Part shown: piece by piece, positions 1 to 11,924 of the stretch
Layout: every line of letters begins with the position of its first letter
Position numbering within the stretch: the first letter of the stretch is position 1
NCBI RefSeq assembly: GCF_006345805.1
Contig: NC_043025.1
Span: forward strand, 14,136,001 to 14,200,000
Length of the DNA: 64,000 nucleotides
Reading direction: 5' to 3'
Source: Octopus sinensis
Taxonomy: Eukaryota
The notes under the pieces: generated by a model
Databases searched by the model: none
Told to the model about the DNA's origin: nothing
What the model saw: only the letters and a program-made list of their open reading frames with translations
Program-made: the position numbers and the translations under genes

Positions 1-1068
1 CCTCCATTACACTTTCTTCATTTTCTTTCTTCAGTTGTGAAACAGCACTGTCTGTTGATAGAGAACAAAAGCAGAGGGGTCAGTTCGGTCGCATACCCTT
101 CCCCATCTCTATTTTCAGTGGGGTTGAGGGGGAACTCGAGGGAGATTTGGCTACTATTTTTCACAAGTTCAGAGACAACACAATTCTATATTTCTGTGAT
201 GAGGAACTTATTCTGCGAGGGATTGCTGAAAAGTTGCTGGTTTTTAAGGACATCACGAAAGGCCTGGTTGGAGGCACAATCTTCCAAGTTCTTTTATAGG
301 GTTTAGAAAAACTGAAGGACCGCTGCAATAAGTGTGTGAATCTACGCGACTCTACTGCATTAACCAACATCTTGATCTACTACACTATGCCTGTCACGGG
401 TCACAACAGAGAGAATATTTGGTTTTGTTTTTCTTAATGTTTGTTGGTTATGAATTACTGACAAGGTTGTAGGACATTGCAATCAGCAAATTAGCCATAG
501 AATAATCCTTTCTACTACAAACACAAAACCTGAAGTTTGGGGGAGGGGGCTAGTTGATCCCATCAACCCCCCAGGGTTTGACTGGTACTATTTTATCAAC
601 CTGGAAAGGACTGTTGTCCCATCTAGGGGGGGACAACACACTTACATTACAGAATCCAGGGAATTAGCCTTATGAGCCTAGAGCTTGGTAAGGCCCTTGA
701 GGCATTGGCTTTAGTGGTCAAGATATTCAACTCAAGATCCTAAGATTGGGGTTTCAATTCCTGGACTGAGCAACTGATTGTGTTCTTGAGCAAAACATTT
801 CACTTCACGTTGCTCCAGTCCAAATGAAAAAACCAGGGACAGACCAGGGTCCCATCCAGGGAGGATAATATAACCCGATAAACTGGCCCTTATCAGCTTG
901 TGGCACAGCAAGGACCTTTGATTCCATCATATATCCACAGCCTACCAGATACCCTCGCTCTAATATGTACCCTCTCCTATCACATACACACCCTTACTAT
1001 TAGGTACCCAAAGGTAAGAGGGGGGGGGGGCTGTTTAAAGCTGTACCATTCTAAAGACAGAGACTTAC

Positions 1069-1252
1069 CATCCTCAGAGGTATCAGCATCACCATTGGCT
1101 AACAAGTGGCCAGCTGGGGCATTTTTCTGAGCTAATTGCTCCTCGAGGGCCTTGACCTTCTCCAGAAGTTCCTTGTTTTCTTTCGATAGAGATTCTGTTA
1201 AAGAACTGGAGTTTTCTTTTAACCGGCTGTTTTCTTTCTGAAGTTGTTTCAT
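1069..1252 (-). CDS. CLIP1: CLIP1-like exon (MKQLQKENSRLK...KVKALEEQL...NGDADTSEDG); the gene continues beyond the left edge
   Basis: Acceptor ttggttctttgcag, donor G|gtaagt, 184 nt, phase 0-1; KVKALEEQL resembles human KVKNLELQL just before the C-terminal zinc-knuckle region. Confidence 0.9.
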
Positions 1253-2245
1253 CTGCAAAGAACCAAAAAAAACCATAAGAAAATTATAAACCAAAAAAAC
1301 AAATAAACAGGAGCAGACGGGTGATCCCTTATGAAGATCTTAACGTTTCCAGGGGACCCAGGCATGGCTGTGTGGTAAGAAGCTTGCTTCCCAGTGACAC
1401 GGTTCTGGGTTCAGTTCCACAGCATGGCACCTTGGGCAAGGGTCTTCTACTATAGCCTCAGGCTAACCGAAGCCTTGTGAGTGGACTTGGTAGATGGAAA
1501 CCGAAAGAAGCCCATCATATAGCAAGTGTCTTCTACTAAACCCTTGCGAGTGGACTTGGTAGATGGAAACTGAAAGAAGCCCATCATATATATCGTCATC
1601 ATTGCTTGATGTCCGCTTTCCCTGCTGGCATGAGCTGGACGGTTTGACATGGAACTGGCCAGCAAAGAGCTGTCCAGACTCCAACCGTCTGTTGGGGCAG
1701 GGTTTCTGTGACTGGATGCCCTTCCTTTTAAGATCTTTGTAATGTGTGTGTGTGTGTGGGGGGGATCTCCCACCATCACTTGAAAACCAGTGTTGGTGTG
1801 TTTACATCCCTCTAACTTAGTGGTTCAGCATAAGTGACCAATAGAATAAGTACCAGGTTTTAAAACCAAAGGAGTACTGGGGTCAATTTATTTGACCAAT
1901 GTCCTTGAAGGTGGTGCCCCAGCATGGCCATAGTCAAATGACTAAAACAAATACTCTTTTGTTCTTTTACTTGTTTCAGTTATTTGACTGTGGCCATACT
2001 AGAGCACCGCCTTTAGTCAAGCAAATCGACCCCAGGACTTATTCTTTGGAAGCCTAGTACTTATTCTACACACACACATACGATGGGCTTCTTTCAGTTT
2101 CCATCTACCAAATCCACTCATAAGGCTTTGGTCAGTCCAGAGCTACAGTAGAGACACTTGCCTAAGGTGCTGCACAGTGGGACTGAACCAGAAACCATTC
2201 GGTTACAAAACAGACTTCTCAACTATTCAGTCATCCATCAAAAAG

Positions 2246-2610
2246 CCCCATCATCATCATCATTGTTCGACTGTGGTCGAGACAATGGAATTTACCATGC
2301 TACGCCAGACTTCACGGTCCATCATGGCATTACGGAGGTCCTGTCGCTGGATGCCTGTATCCCTGGAGATTACATCAGGGTAGGAGAGTGTGCACCCTCT
2401 GGTATTGCGAGTAGATGGCTTCCAGAGGAGAAGAGTAGAAATTACCTCTTTTCCAGCTCTACAACAATGTCCAGCAAACTGGACTCTCCCACCTTTCACA
2501 AGAGATGACACAGGTGGTAGTTTCCCATATATTTGCATTTTGGTTGGATGGCGCTTCCACGAGAGATTTTGAGCTCTCATAAGGAGGCGAGTGTAGGTTC
2601 CATCCAATCA
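2246..2610 (-). mobile_element. RTE-clade LINE 3' fragment (ORF2 C-terminus)
   Basis: DGTYTRLLMRAQNLSWK...QFAGHCCRA...AMMDREVWRSMV followed by a (GAT)n tail. Confidence 0.75.
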
Positions 2611-2736
2611 CCTCTCAAGCCCCACCCAAACCATGCCAGCAGAGAAAAGCAGACACACACACAAAAAAAAAAAAACAGAAAGAAAGAAGGAAAACGGCTC
2701 CGCTGCCGTCAAAGAATCAAATGATTGCAGACCTAC

Positions 2737-2854
2737 CTGGTTGGACTGGCTGGTCAGCTTGGAATCTCTCTCTTGGAGAGCTCCTGATCTCGATTCCACC
2801 TGGTCAACAAGGGCTTTCTTTTCTGATTCGATTTCTTTTAACTGAGCACTGTAT
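2737..2854 (-). CDS. CLIP1: CLIP1-like exon (YSAQLKEIESEKKALVDQVESRSGALQERDSKLTSQSNQ)
   Basis: Acceptor ccttatttcaccag, donor CAG|gtaggt, 118 nt, phase 2-0. Confidence 0.9.
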
Positions 2855-3143
2855 CTGGTGAAATAAGGGAGACGCCTTAAGGATTTGCTTTTGCTCTCCT
2901 TTGGGAGGATGTGTGTGTGTGTGTGGGGGGGGTATGTGGGAATTCATGAAGTGGGGCATAGGGGTCACAGGATCTTCAGACAGCAATGGATAATATTAAC
3001 TGCATATATATATATGCACACAGACACACACACAAATACATATATGTATACACATAAACACATATACAAGCACGTATACACACGCACTCTAACATATGTA
3101 TACACACACATGTACTTATATATTTATACCCATCCATCTATAC

Positions 3144-3179
<36 letters not shown>

Positions 3180-3404
3180 TTACACCAGAGTAAACACAAT
3201 TGTGAAACAAGGTGGAAAAAAGAGTACTCAAATACCAGTGGTAGAGTAATATGCTTTATTTTAAGCAGCAGAAAATTCAACAAAACCTGTTACTCTGAGT
3301 TTCCCGTTGCCGTTCATCAGACAGTTTTTTCTCGCAAAAACTCTCCGATGAATGGCAACGGGAAACTCAGAGTAACAGGTTTTGTTGAATTTTCTGCTGC
3401 TTAA

Positions 3405-3410
<6 letters not shown>
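3180..3410. mobile_element. Penelope-like fold-back relic (61-bp arms 3258-3318/3347-3407); a further 5'-truncated copy lies at 60794-60933
   Basis: Inverted repeat with one mismatch, embedded in (TA)n, contains a hammerhead motif. Confidence 0.55.
3282..3330 (-). ncRNA. Minimal type I hammerhead ribozyme motif, family 1
   Basis: Minus strand reads AAAAAACUGU CUGAUGA ACGGCAACGG GAAA CUCAGAG UA ACAGGUUUU: helix I CUGU/ACAG, canonical core, GCAA-capped short helix II, GUA cleavage triplet. Confidence 0.65.
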
Positions 3411-3439
<29 letters not shown>

Positions 3440-3738
3440 CACCTAAATATATATAGATATATAATGACGATGACATACATACACACATGTACACACATGC
3501 ACAAACACACGTATGCATATATCCACACACACATAATATACATACACATACAAATATATAGCATATTGTCAACAGGTACACACTCAGTGTATTGCGGGTC
3601 GACATGATGTGCACACACTGGATGATGGACAGATCCACATTCTTTGAAAACATACATGTGAGTGTGTGTGTGTATATATATACACACACCCACACAGAGT
3701 TGTAGGCAGATAAATATACAAATACAAACATTAATGTG

Positions 3739-3776
<38 letters not shown>

Positions 3777-3809
3777 CACACACATTTCCATAGAGAATAT
3801 ATGCATGAT

Positions 3810-4730
3810 AAATTATGAAGGAACATCTCCATAGAGATACTGAAAGTTAAAATGAGCTTCCACACAGAGAAATGTAAAAATAAATCCACAAAGTGGAGGT
3901 TGGATGTAGCAAAATTTCCACACGGAAGACAGACGATACAAAATTAACACAGAAACATTTCCACAGGTCTGGTCAATGACAATATATGAAAACAAAAATT
4001 TTACAAAATTTACACACTGTGGAAATACTTTGTTGTGTGTACCACCACCTTTATGGACCGACTTTCCACAGAGGTGGCAAACGCAACAATATTTACTCAC
4101 ATAAAGCATTTCTATAGTGGGTTGGATGCAACAAAATTTCTACACACAAAACAATGCATTTCTATAGAGGTGATGAATGATAAAAAGTTCTACACAGATT
4201 TTGGATGCAACTAAATGTACACAGCAAAAAAAAAAAAAAAATTCCACAGCAGTGTTGGATGATAGAAGTTTACACTCAGAAAAAGTATTTCCACAGAGGA
4301 ATTGGATGCAACAAAATTTGTACAAAAAACATTTCCACAGAGGTAAAGGATGCAACAACATTTACACAAAAAGAAGGCACTTCCACAGAGGTGTTGACTG
4401 ATAAAATTTACAGACAGACAAAGCATTTCCACAGAAGTGGTAGGTGATAAGATTAACATAGACAGAAAGCATTTCCACAGAAGTGGTAGGTGATAAGATT
4501 AACATAGACAGAAAGTATTTCCACAGAGGTAGGGATGCAACAAAATTTACACACACGTAGAAAAAATATTTCCACAAAAACAGTGAAACACACACAAAGA
4601 AAGCGTTTTCGTTGAAGTGATGGACAAAGACAGATTTTCCACAGTGGTAAAAATGGATGCTACCAGGTTTTACCCACTGAGAACAATTGTCCACAGAAAG
4701 TGGTGGGTGCCAATGAGTTTGCACAATGCA
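3810..4730. repeat. Degenerate minisatellite of about 45 bp (atttccacagaggt..ggatgcaacaaaatttacaca)
   Basis: Recurrent ttccacaga motif; exact 46-bp duplicate at 4421/4467. Confidence 0.8.
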
Positions 4731-5879
4731 AACTATATCGGAACCAAGTTCTTAAGAAAATACAGAAATGGCAAAAAAACGATGCGGAAGAATTTACAAG
4801 TTTCCACAGACAAATACCATCCGCTGCAAATTTTTATATCAGAGATAGCCAGTTAGCTGTGAGGTTTTCCAGAGATGGAAGGGGACTAGAAAGATGTGGT
4901 TGGGGTGTTCATGCCTTGTCAAGAAGCATCATTGTTTGATATGCTATTTGATAATCCTAAATTTTAAGAGGATAATCCTATATTTTAGATTGACAATTCT
5001 ATATATTCAGCTGATAATTTGATAATTCAAACTGATAACCAACGAACGTTTCAGAATTAAAAACCATGAAAAACCAGATGTAATTTCATGGGGTGCACCC
5101 TGGTGGCCAGTTATCGTAAGGGAGATAATAATTTCTGAATAAAAGATGCCGATATTCTATGCATTGTAGCAACAAGACTTGACTGGCCGGATGCTTTCGT
5201 GTTGTCGTGGCTGGATGCTTTCCACTGATGAATTCCAGCAAAATGAAATCACGGGTCATAGCAATTCCATGCGATTGGGAAGCAAACCTTTTACCATACA
5301 TGCACACCTGTGCTTGCATTTTATTATTTTTTGGTCACTCATTACAAAGATAGAGGTGCGTGGCTTAATGGTTAGGGGTGTTGAATACACGACTGTACGA
5401 TTGTGGTTTCAATTTCTATAATAGGCACTGCATTGTGTTCTTGAGCAAAACACTTCATTTCATGTTGCTCCAGTTCACTCAGTTGGCAAAAATGAGTAAC
5501 CCTGCGACAGACTGGCGTCCCATCCAGGGGGGTGGAGTATACACGGCATGGAAATTAGGAAACCAGCCCTTATGTGTTTACATGACTTGGGAAGGAACTC
5601 AACTGTTACATTACAAAGATCCAGAGGCAATCATGTGTGGTGCCATTTCATTCTTATTAGAACTCTTCCGCATAACGTAATGTGAGGCAAAGGAAATTAG
5701 ACCAAATGGAACACTTTTATTAAAATACAAAAAAAAAAATAAATAAAATTGAAAAATAAAGTATAAAAGAAATGAAGAAATAACAACAAAAACAACAATA
5801 TTAAAAAGAAATGGAGAAAACAAACCCAGGCAGCAATATGATGATGCTGATGTTGTTGTTGTTAAACCAAGCTAATTAA

Positions 5880-6008
5880 CCTTTAGCACACATAGGTGCA
5901 TCATGTTGCCGTATGAGTTTTCTCCCCTGTAGCTGCAAGCACATTGTGTTACACTGAGAAGGGAGAAAACTGGTATGGTGACATTATGCGTCTACAGCAT
6001 GCTAAAGG
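5880..6008. mobile_element. piggyBac-type MITE
   Basis: TTAA|CCTTTAGCA ... TGCTAAAGG|TTAA; imperfectly palindromic throughout. Confidence 0.75.
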
Positions 6009-6607
6009 TTAACAACAACAACAACATCAACAATAATAGATTACGATGACCATAACAGCAGTAGAAACAACATCGTCAAGACCCATGCTGACTGATACTA
6101 ACGACGATGACCACAACACCAACAGAACTTTCAGAGAATTTCCTTACCATTTTTTTGATGTAGATTGTGATGAGGATGGTGGTGGTGGTGGTGGTGGTCA
6201 CAGGATTTGAAAATGGAGGAAAGAATGTGATGAGAGAAGGCGGTGGATGGGACATAATGAAAGAGGGAGAACAAGGGGCAAAAATACGATTGTTAATAAT
6301 GTCATGGAGACGGGATGTCACAGATGAGAGAAGGTCATATATCGTTGCTATTATGCAAAAGTGTTGTAAGTCCAAAATATTGCTTTTTTCAGAAAAGGCA
6401 AAAATAGTTTCACCATTCCATAGCAAAACCGTTCTACTACGCTTTGACGATTTTTGATATCTTGGCATCTGAAGTAGATGGAGATACAATAGTTTGACTA
6501 AAAGAACAGACTGTTGCAAGCAAAAATAAATATTGAAAAAAATGCATTTGGCCAAATTTGGACACACGACAGATTAACATAATTAGCAACGATATATATA
6601 TATATCT

Positions 6608-6838
6608 GGCGAGCTGGCAGAAACATTAGCACGCCGGGCGAAATGCTTAGCAGTATTTCGTCTGCCGCTACGTTCTAAGTTCAAATTCCGCCGAGGTTGA
6701 CTTTGCCTTTCATCCTTTCGGGGTCGATAAATTAAGTACCAGTTACGCACTGGGGTCGATGTAATCGACTTAATCCGTTTGTCTGTCCTTGTTTGTCCCC
6801 TCTGTGTTAAGTCCCTTGTGGGTAGTAAAGAAATAGAT
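6608..6838 (+). mobile_element. tRNA-derived SINE family A (representative; others at 8745-9250, 13885-14097, 20034-20442, 33500-33730, 40640-40856, 41425-41620, 43885-44085, 52905-53120)
   Basis: GGCGAGCTGGCAGAAACATTAGC..GTTCAAATTCC (A/B-box-like) head, with many near-identical copies. Confidence 0.85.
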
Positions 6839-7180
6839 ATATATATATATATATATCTGGCTGCTATTTTCAGCATGGTGGTATCTCGTAGATGCCATAA
6901 GTTATAATTTTAATAATAATTATTACCTTTTAAGGATTTTACTTCCATGCTAGCCACTTAATGAGATCGTTATTTAATTTAAATTAACGATCTTATCCTT
7001 ATTTATATAAATTTAAATTTATTTCCTCATTGTATTTACTGCGGTGATGTTTTAACCGTATCGCAGATGGAATTAAGAAGCGGGTGTTTTAAACTGGTCA
7101 TGATGCATACGTGCATATATATGTATGTATACATTCATATATGTAAGTATTTGTATGTATTTATGTTTCACTCTGTGTAT

Positions 7181-7239
7181 ATTCCCCTGATGAGGCAAAG
7201 CATTCCTAAATGCAAATCCAGAAATCCGGCATCTGGAAT
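7181..7239 (+). ncRNA. Degenerate type I hammerhead motif, family 2
   Basis: AUUCCC CUGAUGA GG..GCAUU ccua AAUGC..CC a GAA AUCCGGCAU C UGGAAU; helix I has one mismatch next to the core. Confidence 0.45.
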
Positions 7240-7474
7240 TATCCAGTAATTTTTTACTAGTTTTATTTTGTCTTTTTGTCTTCTCTCCTTGTGCTATATG
7301 AACACTTAAAGTGGTTTTAGAGTCAGATCCTGGCTGCTACTTTCAGCATAGCGGTATCTTGTAGATACCCTCAGTTATAATTTTAATAATAATTATTACC
7401 TTTGAAGGTTTTTTATTTCCATGCTGGCCACTTGATAAGATCGATAATTAAATTAAAGATCTTATCCTTAATTA

Positions 7475-7574
7475 TTAGGTTGTCCCAAAAGTACTAACAA
7501 AAACAACAAAAATTATTCCTCAAAATAAAGACCATTATTTTCCAAGACTTTCTACGAACTTTTGGGACAACCTT
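7475..7574. mobile_element. Small Tc1/mariner-type MITE
   Basis: 16-bp TIR AGGTTGTCCCAAAAGT / ACTTTTGGGACAACCT, TA flanks. Confidence 0.65.
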
Positions 7575-7715
7575 ATATATAAATCTAAATTTATTTCGTG
7601 GGCTGGATATGGCTGGTTTAAATGTTAATAGTTAAAGTGAAATCCTCAAGCTCCCTCTCCCCAGCAGGAGCAGACTCCTGCCCCAAAGTGATAAAAGAGA
7701 AAAGGGTCAACCTAC

Positions 7716-7762
7716 TGTTTGTGGATGTCCTGTAGTTTCTTTTCGAATTTTTCGTCTGCAAG
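7716..7762 (-). CDS. CLIP1: CLIP1-like exon (LADEKFEKKLQDIHKQ)
   Basis: Acceptor ttttgtttctgttttacag, donor CA|gtaggt, 47 nt, phase 0-2. Confidence 0.88.
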
Positions 7763-7880
7763 CTGTAAAACAGAAACAAAAGGGGAGATAAACATTGGGA
7801 ACTTAGTAGGTATTATCCATACAGTTTCAAAATAAGGTGAATAAAATCGAAATAAGCAATAAGGATATCATCCAGAAGTA

Positions 7881-7968
7881 ATGTAGTACGATCGTTTCAT
7901 GCGACTCCATTTAATTGAACAATGCAAATATTGCATCAATTTAAATGCAGAACAATCCTCAGCTGCAC
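7881..7968 (-). ncRNA. Type I hammerhead motif, family 3, long helix II
   Basis: GUGCAG CUGAGGA ...GCAU GAAA CGAUCG UA CUACAU; palindromic helix III ACGAUCGU, GUA triplet; paralogue at 60313-60402. Confidence 0.65.
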
Positions 7969-8425
7969 AGACATAGGATTTAATTAAATTAAAACAGATG
8001 GACACATTTGTGTGTGTGTGAGAGAGTGTGTATGTGTGTGAGAATGTGTGTGTGTGTGTGAGAGTGAGAGTGTATGTGTGTGAGAATGTGTGTGTGTGTG
8101 AGTGTATGTGTGTGAGAATGTGTGTGTGTGTGAGTGTATGTGTGTGAGAATGTGTGTGTGTGTGAGTGTATGTGTGTGAGGATGTGTGTGTGTGAGAGGG
8201 TATATGTGCATGAGAGAAAGTGTGTAGAGGAGAGAAAGTGCATATACGTGTACACGTGAAAGAGAGAGAGTGTGTGCATGTGTTTCAGAGCAAGTGTGTT
8301 CACACAAAAGTGTGTGTGTTTGTAGGTGTATAGCAGAATGTGTGAGAGTGTGTGTTTTTGAGTGTGTGTTTGTGAGTGTGTGCGTATGGCAGAATGTGTG
8401 TGTGTGCACATTGTGTTTGTCTCAC

Positions 8426-8546
8426 CTTTTGGTGATTCAGAAGTTGTTCCTTTGAAGCTGTGAGATCTTCCTGAATCTTCTGCTTTTTACTTTCACTTTC
8501 CTCCACAGTTTGTTTCAGTTTCACTATTTCACTGTTGGCTTCGTTT
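8426..8546 (-). CDS. CLIP1: CLIP1-like exon (NEANSEIVKLK...QLLNHQK)
   Basis: Acceptor (ct)n ccag, donor AAG|gtgaga, 121 nt, phase 2-0. Confidence 0.92.
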
Positions 8547-8594
8547 CTGGAGAGAGAGAGAGACAGAGAGAGAGAGTGAGAGAGAGATAAAGAG

Positions 8595-8626
<32 letters not shown>

Positions 8627-9705
8627 TGTTAATATGGCAGGGTGACACAAAGATATATATGCATGTAAATAATGGGCTTGAAAAGGTCCAAAAAAAAACC
8701 CCTGTGAAAAGTGCTTAACACAAAAGCTTTCTTACTTCTTTATTGCCCACAAGAGGCTAAACACAGAGGGGACAAACAAGGACAGACAAACGGATTAAGT
8801 CGATTATATCGACCCCAGTGCGTAACTGGTACTTATTTAATTGACTCAGAAAGGATGAAAGGCAAAGTCGACCTTGGCGGAATTTGAACTCAGAACGTAA
8901 TGGCAGACGAAATACCTATTTCTTTACTACCCACAAGGGGCTAAACACAGAGGGGACAAACAAGGACAGACAAACGGATTAAGTCGATTATATTGATCCC
9001 AGTGAGGAACTGGTACTTATTTAATCAACTCAGAAAGGATGAAAGGCAAAGTTGACCTCGGCAGAATTTGAACTCAGAACGTAGCGGCAGACGAAATACC
9101 GCTAAGCATTTCGCCCTGCGCGCTAACGTGTCTGCCAGCTCGCCGCCTTACGTAGATACAATATTTATTTCTTTACTGCCCATAAGGGGCTAAACATAGG
9201 GGGGAAAAAACAAGGACAGACAAACGGATTAAGTCAATTACATCGACCCCAGATCAGATTGGAGTCTGGTGCAGCCATCTGGTTCGCCAGTCCTAAGTCA
9301 AATTGTCCAACCCATGCTAGCATGGAAAGTGGACGTTAAACGATGATGATGACACACAACAAAGAGAACATTAGATAATGTAGTCCTAGATACTCTATGT
9401 CTGGATAATAGATAAGATGGTCACAGCTGGAACATGATCAAAGTGATCATAGGTGTAATGGATCAGGACTGACCTGGGGCTAAACACCACCAACAACAAG
9501 GAAAGACACATTTGATAATTTAATCCGAGTTACACTATGTCTGAACAAAAGACAGGATGGTCACAGCTGGAACGTCTTTGATCATAGATCTGCTACATGA
9601 GATCTGATGCAACACACACAAAAGACCGAAGACAAAACCAATTTCAAACAAAAAGGAAAAAGCGTACAAGTCTACCAAGGAGTAAAGCAATGAAGAAATA
9701 CTTAC

Positions 9706-9800
9706 AGTTTCTCAGTTAAGGAGTTTGAGGTTTCCTCGTTGTGTAAAGATTGGGATAAAGTTTTCTCTGAAGTGGCCAATTTCCCTTGTAATTTTTCAAT
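9706..9800 (-). CDS. CLIP1: CLIP1-like exon (IEKLQGKLATSEKTLSQSLHNEETSNSLTEKL)
   Basis: Acceptor ctctttcgtctttccag, donor CT|gtaagt, 95 nt, phase 0-2. Confidence 0.9.
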
Positions 9801-9869
9801 CTGGAAAGACGAAAGAGCAAAGATAGAGGCAGAAGATATTAGTTGGAGGATATCACGTCAATGATGTAG

Positions 9870-10330
9870 GACTGAGACGGTTGTGGGGAAATCCTGAAAA
9901 AACACGAATCGACCTCGTTCGCCAAGCCTTCAACCGACTCAATGCATGACTCTGGTCAAGATCTGAGATCCGATGCACCACTAAAGTACAGATCTACCAA
10001 GCAGTAGGGCGAACGATTCTCCTTTACAGCAGCGAGTCACGGCCGACGAGGGTGGAAGATATTAAGCGACTACAATCCTTCGATCACCTCTGTCTACGCC
10101 GCATCCTTCGTGTCCGATGGCATCACTTTGTCCTTTGCGACACCAGTGCAGAATCACCTCCCTCCGACAAGTCATCCTAACGAGACGTCTGCATTGGCTG
10201 GGTCATGCCCTCCGTCGTCAACCAGGAGAATTTGCCCCAGTTTCCCTTCAGTAAAGAGCTGTCCAAGAATTTGGACCTGGAGATCTCCATTTCCAGCGAC
10301 TTCGAGGGCCACCTCCCAGTGATGTCGGGC
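9870..10330 (+). mobile_element. Decayed RTE-clade LINE fragment (post-RT region)
   Basis: Translates to LWSRSEIRCTTKVQIYQAV..ILLYSSES..FDHLCLRRILRVRW..RRLHWLGHALR with stops and frameshifts. Confidence 0.75.
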
Positions 10331-10644
10331 GTCAATGAAGAGCCCTTGACTACAACAAGACAACCAAAGTTTTTTCTTTTTTTTTCACAAGGTCTGGGGT
10401 CTCCTGCCCCTAAGCCCTAGACCATCACCTAATCACCCTTACCTGTCTTGTTGCTTAACAACAACAGCACTGTTAAGACAGATCCCGCTGATGGTATAAA
10501 ACACTGGTTTTTCTATGCCAGCATGGGTTAGAGGAATACACATTACCGACACACTGAGATTTTTTTTTAGACAGCTGGATGCTCTTCCAGCTGCTAACCT
10601 TTATCTGTTCTTTCAAAAAAGAGTGTCCAGCACTGACCACTCAC

Positions 10645-10782
10645 CTCTTTAGTCTTCTGTTCCACTGTAATGTCCAGTTGCTGCAGCTTGGCCTTCATCT
10701 CGGTCACACTGACCTGTGTCTGTCCTTGTTCTTGCTGCAGTCGGTTCTTTTCGCTCTTCAGTTCATTGTTTAGTTTCAGCAT
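10645..10782 (-). CDS. CLIP1: CLIP1-like exon (MLKLNNELKSEK...VEQKTKE)
   Basis: Acceptor ttcctcatctccag, donor GAG|gtgagt, 138 nt, phase 0-0. Confidence 0.92.
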
Positions 10783-11074
10783 CTGGAGATGAGGAAGAGA
10801 GAAGATGATGATGATGATGAGGAAGAGAGAAGATGATGATGATGATGAGGAAGAGAGAAGATGATGATGATGAGGAGGAGGAGAGAAGATGATGATGATG
10901 ATGAGGAGGAAGAGAGAAGATGATGATGATGAAGAGAGAAGATGATGATGATGAGGAGGAAGAGAGACAGGGTGGTGGTGGTGAAATCGATCATTATACA
11001 ATGTTATAGTAGCGTAGTGGTGGTGGTGGTAGTGTTCAGCGCTATTGGCAGTGTTTGTTGGCAGGCTCTTGTGC

Positions 11075-11258
11075 CGGTGGCACGTAAAAAGCACCCACTA
11101 CACTCGCGGAGTGGTTGGCGTTAGGAAGGGCATCCAGCTGTAGAAACACTGCCAGATCAGACTGGAGCCTGGTGCAGCCATCTGGTTCGCCAGTCCTCAG
11201 ACAAGCTGTCCAACCCATGCCAGCATGGAAAGCGGACGTTAAACGATGTTGATGATGA
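11075..11258 (+). mobile_element. RTE-tail-like short retroposon family E (others at 13360-13710, 36705-36880, 40865-41060, 46140-46420, 50635-50765, 54945-55230, 63285-63385)
   Basis: AAAAGCACCC..GGAAGGGCATCCAGCTGTAG..CCCATGCCAGCATGGAAAGCGGACGTTAAA(TGA)n in multiple copies. Confidence 0.75.
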
Positions 11259-11421
11259 TGTTTAGTGGTGGTGATGGAAATGGTAGTGTCTGTCGCTGTG
11301 ATGGTGTTTGGTTGTGGTTATGGTGGTGGTGTTGTGCAGTGTTGGTGTGCTGAATGGAATGTAAGTGGTGGTGTTAGTGAAGGTGGTGGTAGTTGTACAA
11401 TGGAGAAACAGGAAGCTGATA

Positions 11422-11816
11422 TCTTTATATATAAAAGAGAAGTTGTGTGTCTGTCCCCTTCGATTTAGATTCCTAACTACTCCCACATTTTGCGGTGCAG
11501 TTTAACCAAAAGCGGGTATCTTATAGTCGTGATTCATATTGAGCCCGTCTGGGTATTAGCGTGCGTCTACGATGAGTCTACGAATTAAAAAAAAATTTAC
11601 CATAATTTTTTCTCACTTTTAATGCATTTTTTTGCTATTATATAAGGGAAGTAATTCTCTAAAAATGTATTATTAAATCTCAGAAAGTAAAAGGCTACAG
11701 TAACACCCCCCTTTGTGGTTAGCCATATTGAGATGGCTATTATACTTTACATATCTAAAAATGCTTATATAGTTATGTCCCTTACAAACCCGAGCAACGC
11801 CGGGCGATACTGCTAG
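11422..11816 (+). mobile_element. Non-autonomous Helitron
   Basis: 5' TC, 3' CTAG, A|T insertion site, CCCG...CGGG hairpin about 10 nt before the 3' end; second copy at 58662-59268. Confidence 0.8.
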
Positions 11817-11924
11817 TTTTATATAAAATGGTGTAATAGTGACAGATCCTATGCATGGTAGATTACCTTTGATCACAGCTCTGCTAGATGGTCATGGTGC
11901 ACTCGGGGTTAAACACCACCACTT

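Noticed and set aside
1-1060. Expected next CLIP1 exon (IDFLNSVIVDLQ-like) and zinc knuckles
   Set aside because: Not found; this region contains only a mariner relic and SINEs, so the 3' end of the gene lies outside the window.
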